DNA of 64,000 nucleotides from Eubacteriales bacterium. Its GTDB lineage: Bacteria > Bacillota > Clostridia > Oscillospirales > CAG-272. Below, piece by piece: positions 25,122 to 34,104 of this stretch. Position numbers and translations under genes: made by a program. Position 1 is the stretch's first letter. The number at the start of each line of letters is the position of its first letter. Below the pieces are notes generated by a model that did no database searches, was not told the DNA's origin, and was given only the letters and a program-made list of their open reading frames with translations. Where the stretch lies: assembly GCA_045588085.1 (NCBI GenBank), contig JAZNDN010000081.1, positions 1,542 to 65,541 on the forward strand, read 5' to 3'.

Positions 25122-28100
25122 TTATTCCGCTGAGCTGCTCGTGGAGATATTTGCAACTCCCGAGAAGGATCTGGTCAACGAAATATCAAGATTAAGCTTT
25201 GCATTTACGTCTTCTCTGAATGCATTGTACTGCTTCATATATTCCTTGTAGTTAGCATACGCGGTCTGCATAGATGCAACACCCTGATATCTGTCGATAT
25301 TAAGAGAGTTAAATCCGTTGTTAACACGCGCCAGACACTTGAAGAAGTCCGTAGTTCTGGTGGTAAATGCATATTTCGTATCTATGTATCTCTTACAGTC
25401 GTTAGCATACTTGATAATATCCTTAGGTGTAAGAGTTTCGATAGTTTCCTGCGCACCACCGCCACCGGAGGAGCTACCACCGCCGATTCCTGCGTTCTTG
25501 CCGTCGTATTTCTCTTCGGGAACCCAGTCACGCATATCGATGTAATCATACTCAACAGGCACGTTGGTATCCTCTTCAAGTTCAAGAAGCTCAATTACAA
25601 CAGCTACGTTGAAGTTCATCGCGCCCTTGTTTCTGATTACAAGTCTTCTGAGCTTGTTACGCGAGTACTGCGGCTCGGCACCCATGCTCTCTGAATAACC
25701 CCAAGGATGAGTCTTTTCAAGAAGGAAGGTAGATACACCGGCATCAAGAAGCTCAAACTTAAGGTCGGTAGCGCGCTCCTCGACGATACTAACTCTTACG
25801 GTATGCACCATAGAATCAGCGGATATCTGCTTCTTAAGATATGCGGTTCTGCCGTCATCTGAAAGCGTTATGTCACTTATTTCCGTATGCGCAATCCAAG
25901 CCAAGTCAAGCGAGGACTTGAGACCTATCTGGTCCTGAATAACCACAGTCTGTCTGTCGTTAGTCAAAAGAAGTCCGCGATACATAGTGTTCGAATAGGG
26001 AGCGAAGAGCGATGTCGTATCAAGAACTGCCTTTATACCGTATTCGTTGGAAATATATTCGTCGTAGAGGAAGTCGGCTTTTCCGTTGTACAACTGACCG
26101 TAAGGAATCTGCTCGGGAAGGTTGGTAACAATCATTACGTTATGACCTTCTCCGATACATCTGTAGTAGTGCTGTCTTGTAGGTGCTGAGAAATAGTTGT
26201 AAAGGTCGTACTCGTCTGCACCGGGATCGCAGAACCAGATGGTATTGAGGTTGGAGTAAATCCAGTTTCCGCAGTCAATCTGTCCGTGCGCGGTACAGTT
26301 GTTTGCATCGCCGAGAATACCGGTGAACAGACACCCGTCATCCCATTCGGATCTCGCGAAGACACCGTTAAGGTTCTCAACTACGTAGTCGCGGTCAAGA
26401 ACGACATCGTCCATTGAAAGACTAAGATATTCCTTCTTATATCCGAGAATATCCTCTATAGTTACAGACTTTCCTGCTTTAATATGCTCAAGACGGATAG
26501 CCGCAAGCGCGGGGTCTCCGAGATACTGGGAAATGAAGAAGAACAGCTCGGTGGACTGCTGACCGAGAGAGGAGTCGTGGAAGTTCCAGTAGGAATACAT
26601 GCCCTTTTTGTTTTCATCAGAGGGGAACTCACTCTGTACTGCAAAGTACCAGGTGGTATCCATACCCGCATAGTCAAGAACTCCGCAATCGTCTCCGGTC
26701 GCCGTAACGAGACCCCAAAGCATTATCGTAAGGTTGTTAGTAGCGTATGCCCAATAACCGGGTGACTCTATGAACGAACCGTCCGGCGGATACTGGTTAA
26801 GACCGAGGCGGCACATTGTTTCAAAGTTGGACGCCATGGTGAAGTAGAGCAGGTTTTCCGTGTTGGTGGGAATATGCTCGCCTCCTCCGAGGTCTTCACG
26901 TCTTTTCGATCTGGTGAAGTCTACCTCGGTATAGGTCTTGCCCTTGTAATCCTTACCCTGCTTTCTGTCAACGCCGTTGGGATCCTGCTCACCGATAATT
27001 GCAAGCTCACAAAGAGTAAGACCACCGGTACAAACAACGTTCCAGTTGATAGTCATGTCGTTGTAAGGCGTGGTACCGGGCTGAATGGACTTATCCTCGA
27101 ACCAGTCGGTCGTGTGCTTATCCACGGTTACAACGTATCCGAACCATACTATTTTCTGATACATAGCCTGAGCCATCATGTTTGTATCATAGTTAAGCTC
27201 AGTCCAGATGTCATACATCCAGTCAAACGTTCTTCCAAGCGCCTGACCAACAGCCGCTACGGCAAGGAACTGGTGCTGACCCCAGTGACGGAACTCCATG
27301 AAGGAAAGCATGATTTCCCAAAGAAGCTGTGCATACTTTACGTCGCGCGTTATTACGTATGCAAACGCTATTGACTCAATTTCGCTAGCGATACTCTGAA
27401 TAGCGCCAACACGTCCGGTTTCAATTTCAGCACCGTCGTTATAGTGCTCACCGACATAGTCGGTAGGGATTTCATCCCATTTCATATTATACTTGTAGTG
27501 AGGATACTGACCGTAGTCGTACTTTGTTTCGTACCACTTACCGTCCTTAATACCGCACTCAAGGAAGTTTGTTACTTCGTAATAGAGGTACTGATACTTA
27601 GGGTTCTTTACGGAGAAGTCAAATTCTTTGGTTTTTGCAACGTGGTCACCGGTAGGCTTAGAGGTATATTTAACGTAAAGGTTATCACCCGCCGCTACTC
27701 TCGCATCAAGCCAGGATTTGTAGGTCTCATCCTTGTATTCGTCTTCCTCATAAAGCCAAACGTTATGGATGAAGTCGAACTGCTCCTGGGTTGCGCTTAT
27801 GTAAGGATGGTCAAAGTTGTTTGTATTCTCCTTGACCTTATAGTAGAATTCCTCACCGGTGTAGTAATCGAATACGAAGTTCTTCATAATCGTGAGCATT
27901 GCGGAAAGGTCTGAATATCTGTCAAAGACACCCCCTGCCGTGCATATTGCGATAAGTCCCATCGTATCGTAGGTTACGTACCATCCGGGGAAGATCGTCT
28001 CAACGTCCTCAAGCGCTATTGCGCGGTAAGTGTTGTCACTCTTTTCCGCCTTCAGATATATGGGTGCTGCGGTAAGATTGACTCTTTCACCGTTAACTAT

Positions 28101-29435
28101 GGCAACGCTCCGTCCCATAGTCAGCACCGCCGAGCCGTGCTCTGTGGAAATATCGCAGGATATTCCGTCAGCACGCCACTGTTTAGGATAGCCCGTCAGC
28201 TCAAATATAGGATCAAGCGGAACGTAAACCTGGCCGTCGACCTTCATGGGTGCACCGCCAACGTCCATTCCCTCAATAACGTCACCGTTATCGTCCTTGA
28301 GCGGAACTGCCATATGGACTCTCTCGCCTTTCTTCAGAGCATATCTGGAGTTGGTTTTGAGAACCAGTCCTGCATTAATAATATCATTGCTTGAAGCACC
28401 GCCGCCGACGACGTCAATGGTAGTCGACTTGTTTTCGTTAACCAGCGTACCGTATTCATCGTCCTCAAACTCAACGAAATCCATCCACTCGCCCTCGGGA
28501 GTGTTGGGGTCGGAATAAAGAGTAATGTTATCGAACATTATCTTCTGGCCGGTACAACCCTTATTCCAACCAAGACCGGGACCTAAACGGAAGAAGTCAA
28601 CGCTTGCTTCGTTCCATTTTCTGGTATCGTTTTCGCTACCTACCTTCATAACGTAATCGAAATAGTAGGTATTCTTAAGGTCCTCAGAGGTAAGCTGACC
28701 GCTAAGACCTGCCGCGTTCTTTGCTTTATCGGGATTGAAGTTTTCGGAAAGAGAGAAATAACATCTGAACTTAACTCTGTGGAAGAGCAGAGCGTTTCCG
28801 CAGGAAGAACAGTCGTGACCGTCGGTAGGAGTTACGGCAAAGGCCTCGTCAAAGCGCTCAAGCGCTCCGCATTGATTGCAAACGTACTCGGTCTGGTCAA
28901 AATTCATAACGTATGCAACGTGCATCCAGCCCTGGTTCATAAGACCTACGTCAAAGTTGAATATTCTGAGTCTGTTCTCAAAAACTCCGAGAGGGCTCCC
29001 AAGAGTACCTCCGGCAGATGCACCGGGAGTTCTCAAGTACATTACATTACCGAAATTACAGTAATCTTTAATATTAACGTCCATCTCGAGAATCGAGCCT
29101 CCGCTGACGGGTTTTGTGTCATATGTAAGCTGCATATAACAGCTACCCTCTTTGGTAGTCTCTATCTGCGCGTAGTGGTTATAGGAGAAATCCGCAAGCT
29201 CCTCGCGCTCTACCGACATAATCGGGTTATTCTCGCTACTGGGTGAAAGTCCGTTATTAATATCCCATCCTTCGTCAAAGGTTCTGCGAAGATGGAGGAT
29301 GGTGCTTTCGGTTTTGCCTCCGGTAAGCTCCGTAGACTCTTCCTCTTCCGCTGCAAATGAGAATACAGCGAAGCAGGAAATCAAGCATGCAAGAACAAGG
29401 AGAGAAGAAATCAGTTTAACCAATTTATTTTTCAT
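25122..29435 (-). CDS. Large secreted protein: N-terminal LamG/jelly-roll-like region, a copper-amine-oxidase-N-like stalk, and a heparinase II/III-like polysaccharide lyase core
   Basis: 1437 aa. The signal peptide is MKNKLVKLISSLLVLACLISCFAVFSFA. The lyase-like motifs are INWNVVCTGG, PPDGSFIESPGYWAYAT and HGQIDCGNWIY....DPGADEY......GEGHNVMIV. I see no LPXTG, SLH or dockerin motif. Confidence 0.6.
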   Translation of the reverse strand: MKNKLVKLISSLLVLACLISCFAVFSFAAEEEESTELTGGKTESTILHLRRTFDEGWDINNGLSPSSENNPIMSVEREELADFSYNHYAQIETTKEGSCYMQLTYDTKPVSGGSILEMDVNIKDYCNFGNVMYLRTPGASAGGTLGSPLGVFENRLRIFNFDVGLMNQGWMHVAYVMNFDQTEYVCNQCGALERFDEAFAVTPTDGHDCSSCGNALLFHRVKFRCYFSLSENFNPDKAKNAAGLSGQLTSEDLKNTYYFDYVMKVGSENDTRKWNEASVDFFRLGPGLGWNKGCTGQKIMFDNITLYSDPNTPEGEWMDFVEFEDDEYGTLVNENKSTTIDVVGGGASSNDIINAGLVLKTNSRYALKKGERVHMAVPLKDDNGDVIEGMDVGGAPMKVDGQVYVPLDPIFELTGYPKQWRADGISCDISTEHGSAVLTMGRSVAIVNGERVNLTAAPIYLKAEKSDNTYRAIALEDVETIFPGWYVTYDTMGLIAICTAGGVFDRYSDLSAMLTIMKNFVFDYYTGEEFYYKVKENTNNFDHPYISATQEQFDFIHNVWLYEEDEYKDETYKSWLDARVAAGDNLYVKYTSKPTGDHVAKTKEFDFSVKNPKYQYLYYEVTNFLECGIKDGKWYETKYDYGQYPHYKYNMKWDEIPTDYVGEHYNDGAEIETGRVGAIQSIASEIESIAFAYVITRDVKYAQLLWEIMLSFMEFRHWGQHQFLAVAAVGQALGRTFDWMYDIWTELNYDTNMMAQAMYQKIVWFGYVVTVDKHTTDWFEDKSIQPGTTPYNDMTINWNVVCTGGLTLCELAIIGEQDPNGVDRKQGKDYKGKTYTEVDFTRSKRREDLGGGEHIPTNTENLLYFTMASNFETMCRLGLNQYPPDGSFIESPGYWAYATNNLTIMLWGLVTATGDDCGVLDYAGMDTTWYFAVQSEFPSDENKKGMYSYWNFHDSSLGQQSTELFFFISQYLGDPALAAIRLEHIKAGKSVTIEDILGYKKEYLSLSMDDVVLDRDYVVENLNGVFARSEWDDGCLFTGILGDANNCTAHGQIDCGNWIYSNLNTIWFCDPGADEYDLYNYFSAPTRQHYYRCIGEGHNVMIVTNLPEQIPYGQLYNGKADFLYDEYISNEYGIKAVLDTTSLFAPYSNTMYRGLLLTNDRQTVVIQDQIGLKSSLDLAWIAHTEISDITLSDDGRTAYLKKQISADSMVHTVRVSIVEERATDLKFELLDAGVSTFLLEKTHPWGYSESMGAEPQYSRNKLRRLVIRNKGAMNFNVAVVIELLELEEDTNVPVEYDYIDMRDWVPEEKYDGKNAGIGGGSSSGGGGAQETIETLTPKDIIKYANDCKRYIDTKYAFTTRTTDFFKCLARVNNGFNSLNIDRYQGVASMQTAYANYKEYMKQYNAFREDVNAKLNLDISLTRSFSGVANISTSSSAE

Positions 29436-29453
29436 TTTTCTTTAACTCCTTTC

Positions 29454-32015
29454 TTAGTTAAATACACTGTCTGCAAAAGCTACGAGGCTTTCGATTCCGC
29501 AATACGCTCTTACCGAGCTTACGATATCGGTAGCCGAGAATACGTGACCGTTAACAGCGTTAACCCCGTTCATATATTCAACGTATGCTTTGTTGTAGAT
29601 TTCTTTAGCGTCGTCGACGCCTTCAATGGTGGAATCAAGACTTTCTATGCAAATGAAGCCACGAGCGAGAAGCGCATAAAGCTCGTCGTCATTCTCGGCA
29701 TCTTCGATAGCATCCGCAACCTCAATGAAGATCCGGCAATCCGCAGCTATTGCATCAAGCCTTACGCAAAGTTCCTCGTAGTAAACTACGTCGTCCATCG
29801 TATCATCCGAAATGTTCATCGAATAATAGCAGTCGGTTGCTTCTTCCATGTACTGCATTATACCTGCGTAGGTATCCTGCTGCTTTATCATGGCAATAAT
29901 GTTTACAAAGCGCTTCTCGTTCTCATTGAGCTCCTTCATAAAGTCTGCCGAGTAGTAACCTAGGTTTGCTTTATATGCAGCCGCCGTTGCCTGCAATTCT
30001 CTTATAGTGGGATTGGTAAAGTCTATAGTGGCACTATTCATAACCATATAGTTTTCAACGTACTGAATGATAGCGTTTCTGGCTATGTACGTAACACCCT
30101 CGACGTCAAATCCGGCAAGCTTTGCGGATATCGCATCGATATGCATCTGCTGGATACGTCCCCAGAAGAAATCGTTGATGCCACCATTGGTGTAGAACTC
30201 GTAATATGCATCTCCGAAGCCGGAAACGTTCGAATCGTAGTTGCCTCCTTCTATCAGCGTTTTGGCGCTCTTCCATATACGCTCGCAGGTACCGTCGTCA
30301 ACACCCCAAGCGGCACGGCGCTCAAGAAGTATCTTTACCATGCTGACAAAGCGGACGGAGGTCTGAGATTTCTCGGATTCTTCAAGAAGATCAGATGCCG
30401 ACTCATAGCTTTCAAGCGCAGCAGCGAATCGCTTGTAAACGCTGTCTTCCTTCGCGGGATCATCATCCTCGTAATCAGAAAGGCTGGCATTTGCCGCATT
30501 TTTGCATTCGGTAGCAGTCTGGTAATGAGCTCTCATTGAGTCCACGAATCCAAGCTGCTCGCATGCTATGAATCTCTCCATTTCGACTATGAAGGTGTTT
30601 ACGTTCGTATCCTTGGTGAGCCATTCCTTCATTTTGAGGAGATTATCACGCGCCCTTACATACTCAGCGTTCTCCGTGTTTATCATACCATCGAGCGAAA
30701 TGTAATAAGCATCGATTCTGTCAATTTTTGATTCGCGGGTATCGATATTCGAAAGAGTTCTTGGCAGTTCTGCCACAGCAGCTACCATTTTGACGTACTC
30801 CATAGCGTTATATTCCCTGGCACCCGCGATAAGTTGCTCCATGGCTGCCTCGTCGTTTACTATACTCTCGTATATATCAACAGCGTAATTCACAAGCGGG
30901 TCAGTGCCGAACTTTATCGATTCATTGTTCTCATAAAGCACGCGTGCACATTCGGAGGCTATGTATCTGGAAGAAGCCGAGAGCGAGGTATCCGCAGCAC
31001 ACTCTGCAAGATAGATAAATCTCTGCTCAACGGGCATATCGGCAAGGTATTTCGGATTGTGAACCTTGGTACCGGTGTAGGTAAGTATGTTGTCAAAGGA
31101 TACCTGACCGAACGCGCATTGACCGCCTATACGGAAGTTACAGGGGTAAAGCTCTTCGACAAGCTTCTGAACTCCGACGAACTCTCTTCCTGTCTTGTCG
31201 TTACCGAGATACATGGTAAAGGTGAGAGCGTCGGGGTCGAAGACCCATGTGATGTGAACCCACTCGTCAGCCTGTACGTTGCGGCTGCGTCCGCCACCGA
31301 TGGTGAAATAGTACTCCTCTTCTTCCGACTCATAGTCGCGCTTCATCGTAAGGAAATGAGTATAAAGCTGCTGGCCTTTGCCGTTGAGCTGTGTTGCACT
31401 GCTGCCGGTGAGGAACTCCATTTTCATGGAACCGTCACTCTCGTTGCCCTTAGCGTCAATCCAAGAGGGGAACTCCCAGCGTCTTTCGTCGTCACTGGTG
31501 TCGTTAGGCGTTCCCATATCATCTATGTAGCTGAGAACCGCCATATCGAACTCTATAACGTAACCGTTCGTCGGGTTTCTGTCGGCATCCGACATAGAGC
31601 CAAGACTGACCGTCTTATAAATTCTATCGGGCGCCTTTGAGGTAGAAATGGCATCCTTTTTAGCACCGTAATTGAACGTAATGAATCCGGTTTTCGGAAG
31701 CGTGGGATTGTAAATATTCTCTGCGCCGACTCTCACGGTTTCATCGGGAGCAGCCTTTTCTGCCTTTACGTGAGTGTCGCTCTCACCGGATCCGAAATAG
31801 TTTGGAACCTGAGCCAAATCCTCCATAGTATTGTCACGGTAGACCGTACTGGTCTTGTAATCGGAAATGCGTATTTCATCACCGACGTAATTTTTACCGT
31901 AATCAGCAAATATAGGCATTGACTGATCGGCTGCCGATGCGATGACTGATACAGCGCAGGTTACGAGCATAACGAACGCCAAAAGCAGCATCACAATTCT
32001 CATCTTATTTTTCAT
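29454..32015 (-). CDS. Secreted protein of unknown function: N-terminal LamG-like domain and C-terminal all-helical repeat region
   Basis: 853 aa. The signal peptide is MKNKMRIVMLLLAFVMLVTCAVSVIASA. The first domain ends in VSFDNILTYTG, compared with FDNITLYSD in the 1437-aa neighbour. The RBS is AAGGAGG. It lies 18 nt upstream of the lyase-like gene. Confidence 0.6.
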   Translation of the reverse strand: MKNKMRIVMLLLAFVMLVTCAVSVIASAADQSMPIFADYGKNYVGDEIRISDYKTSTVYRDNTMEDLAQVPNYFGSGESDTHVKAEKAAPDETVRVGAENIYNPTLPKTGFITFNYGAKKDAISTSKAPDRIYKTVSLGSMSDADRNPTNGYVIEFDMAVLSYIDDMGTPNDTSDDERRWEFPSWIDAKGNESDGSMKMEFLTGSSATQLNGKGQQLYTHFLTMKRDYESEEEEYYFTIGGGRSRNVQADEWVHITWVFDPDALTFTMYLGNDKTGREFVGVQKLVEELYPCNFRIGGQCAFGQVSFDNILTYTGTKVHNPKYLADMPVEQRFIYLAECAADTSLSASSRYIASECARVLYENNESIKFGTDPLVNYAVDIYESIVNDEAAMEQLIAGAREYNAMEYVKMVAAVAELPRTLSNIDTRESKIDRIDAYYISLDGMINTENAEYVRARDNLLKMKEWLTKDTNVNTFIVEMERFIACEQLGFVDSMRAHYQTATECKNAANASLSDYEDDDPAKEDSVYKRFAAALESYESASDLLEESEKSQTSVRFVSMVKILLERRAAWGVDDGTCERIWKSAKTLIEGGNYDSNVSGFGDAYYEFYTNGGINDFFWGRIQQMHIDAISAKLAGFDVEGVTYIARNAIIQYVENYMVMNSATIDFTNPTIRELQATAAAYKANLGYYSADFMKELNENEKRFVNIIAMIKQQDTYAGIMQYMEEATDCYYSMNISDDTMDDVVYYEELCVRLDAIAADCRIFIEVADAIEDAENDDELYALLARGFICIESLDSTIEGVDDAKEIYNKAYVEYMNGVNAVNGHVFSATDIVSSVRAYCGIESLVAFADSVFN

Positions 32016-32057
32016 ATTTCCTCCTTAAAAATACGGAAATTTATTTAGACCGTTCCC

Positions 32058-32087
32058 ATTATACCATTTTTATTATATAAAATGCAA
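32058..32087 (-). promoter_or_regulatory. Promoter for the two-gene secreted-protein operon
   Basis: The minus strand reads TTGCAT (32087..32082), 18 nt, then TGgTATAAT (an extended -10, 32066..32058). Confidence 0.5.
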
Positions 32088-32350
32088 TCATTTTTGTTAT
32101 TTTTGACTTTTTCACCAATAAATTTCTACCTTTTGCACAAAAGAAAAAAATAAAAATGGCGAACCCAACAAATTTGCAAGCTCGCCATAGTGTAATATAC
32201 CCAAATTGTAAATTTTTTGTTTCGTCAGTCAGACGCCTTCGGAATGCTTTTTTCGGAGGTTTACACCAACAGACTCAAAGCGCATAGCGCGGCACGGAGC
32301 CTCTTTGCCGAGAGCAAGGCGGCTCGGATGCGGAGCGCGCGGGAATTTCG

Positions 32351-33895
32351 TCACTTTTTCCAGTATTTTCTGTCCAACGAGCGATACATTATCGCTTCGC
32401 CTATATGCTCCGCAGTTATCGTTTCCTCACCGTCAAGGTCGGCAATGGTGCGTGCCACGCGAAGTATACGGTCATGACCTCTGGCAGAGAGCTCCAGCAC
32501 CTCGTACGCTTTTTTCATTACCGCCTCTCCCTCGGCATCGGGCGTGCAGTGTCTGCGAAACATTTCGCCACCGAGCTCCGAGTTCGTAAGGTCTGTTCTA
32601 TCACCTGCTTTTTCGAATCTTCGACGGGCAAACTCCCTCGCTTTATTGACACGCTCCCGTATCTTTTCCGAGGATTCGCCCTTTTCGCTCTTGCCTGCGA
32701 TATCCTCATAAGGTACCGAAGGAAGCTCTATTTCAATGTCTATTCTGTCGAGCAAAGGCCCACTGATTTTGTCGAGATACTGACGCCTTGCTTTTGCCGT
32801 GCAGGTGCACTGTCTGGTTTCGTCACCGAAATAGCCGCACTTGCAGGGGTTCATAGCGCAGACGAGCATAAATTTGGAGGGGTAAGTGGTTTTTGAGGCA
32901 ACTCTGGTAACGGTTACCTTTCCGTCTTCAAGAGGCTGCCGCATAGCCTCGGTTACGCTTTTTGAAAATTCGGGAAGCTCGTCCAAAAACAGCACACCGT
33001 TATGGGCTATGGATATTTCTCCCGGTCTTGGATTCGCTCCGCCACCGACAAATCCTGCCGGAGTTACGGTATGGTGCGGGGACCTGAACGGACGCTCCAC
33101 AACGAGATTTCCTTTAAGCAAACCCGACACGGAGTGTACCTTTGTGACCTCTATTGCCTCATCAAGAGTCATATCGGGCAGTATTCCGGGAAGCCTTTTT
33201 GCCAGCATTGATTTACCGGTACCGGGAGGTCCTATCATCAGAACGTTATGTCCTCCCGCTGCGGCAATTTCCATTGCGCGCTTTGCAACGAGCTGACCTC
33301 TTACGTCAGCAAAATCGTCACAATCGGCATGCGCCGAAAGATTATAGGTCTCGGGATTGCGCTCCACGGGCGTCATAAGCTCGCTTCCCTTGAAATGAGC
33401 GATAAGCTGATTCAGAGATTCTACGGCATAGACCGCTATACCGTCGACGACTGCCGCCTCTCCGGCGTTAGCCTTGGGAACGAATATCGCTCTTCTGCCT
33501 GCTGCCTTTGCCGCAACCGTCATAGAGAGTACTCCGTGCACCTCTCTGACCTCACCGAAAAGCGAAAGCTCACCGACTATACATTTATCGCTGAAATCGT
33601 ATCCTACCGGTATTATTCCGTCACTCTGCAAAATCGCGCAGATTATAGCAAGATCAAGAGCTGTCCCCTCTTTCTTCGTATCCGCAGGTGCCAGATTTAT
33701 CATAATGTCAAGCGCAGGGAATTTTATTCCGCTGTTCTCGCAGGCACTCTGTACGCGATTCTTCGCTTCCTTTACCGCCGTATCGGGAAGACCTGTAAGG
33801 TCAAAGCGCGGAATTCTGTTCCACGAGCTGCATTCAACGACGATTTCGTAACCGTCAATTCCCAAAACGCCTGAGGAATATACTCTTGAAAGCAT
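32351..33895 (-). CDS. comM: YifB/ComM-family Mg-chelatase-like AAA+ ATPase
   Basis: 514 aa. It has an N-terminal Lon-protease-like region (GIDGYEIVVE), Walker A MIGPPGTGKSMLA, Walker B LFLDELPEF, and an internal 4-Cys stretch. Confidence 0.85.
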   Translation of the reverse strand: MLSRVYSSGVLGIDGYEIVVECSSWNRIPRFDLTGLPDTAVKEAKNRVQSACENSGIKFPALDIMINLAPADTKKEGTALDLAIICAILQSDGIIPVGYDFSDKCIVGELSLFGEVREVHGVLSMTVAAKAAGRRAIFVPKANAGEAAVVDGIAVYAVESLNQLIAHFKGSELMTPVERNPETYNLSAHADCDDFADVRGQLVAKRAMEIAAAGGHNVLMIGPPGTGKSMLAKRLPGILPDMTLDEAIEVTKVHSVSGLLKGNLVVERPFRSPHHTVTPAGFVGGGANPRPGEISIAHNGVLFLDELPEFSKSVTEAMRQPLEDGKVTVTRVASKTTYPSKFMLVCAMNPCKCGYFGDETRQCTCTAKARRQYLDKISGPLLDRIDIEIELPSVPYEDIAGKSEKGESSEKIRERVNKAREFARRRFEKAGDRTDLTNSELGGEMFRRHCTPDAEGEAVMKKAYEVLELSARGHDRILRVARTIADLDGEETITAEHIGEAIMYRSLDRKYWKK

Positions 33896-34007
33896 AAACT
33901 TATCCTCTTTTCAGATTATTGCCGCACATATCGGTGCTTTAGCCGGAATTCGTGCAGCGGTGTATTAATTTTAGCACAACGCACACCGAAAATCAAGTAT
34001 TACTTTA

Positions 34008-34063
34008 TTGACATACCTCGTCCGGTGTGGTAAAATTATTCAAAATGGTAAACTGTGCACAGT
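34008..34063 (+). promoter_or_regulatory. nagA promoter plus a 12-bp perfect palindrome (candidate operator)
   Basis: TTGACA (34008..34013), a 17-nt spacer ending GTGTGG, then TAAAAT (34031..34036). The palindrome ACTGTGCACAGT lies at 34052..34063, just downstream of the predicted TSS. Confidence 0.45.
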
Positions 34064-34104
34064 ATTTTACTTGCAGCGGTTTCCGAGCACGTAGGAGTGA
34101 GCAA

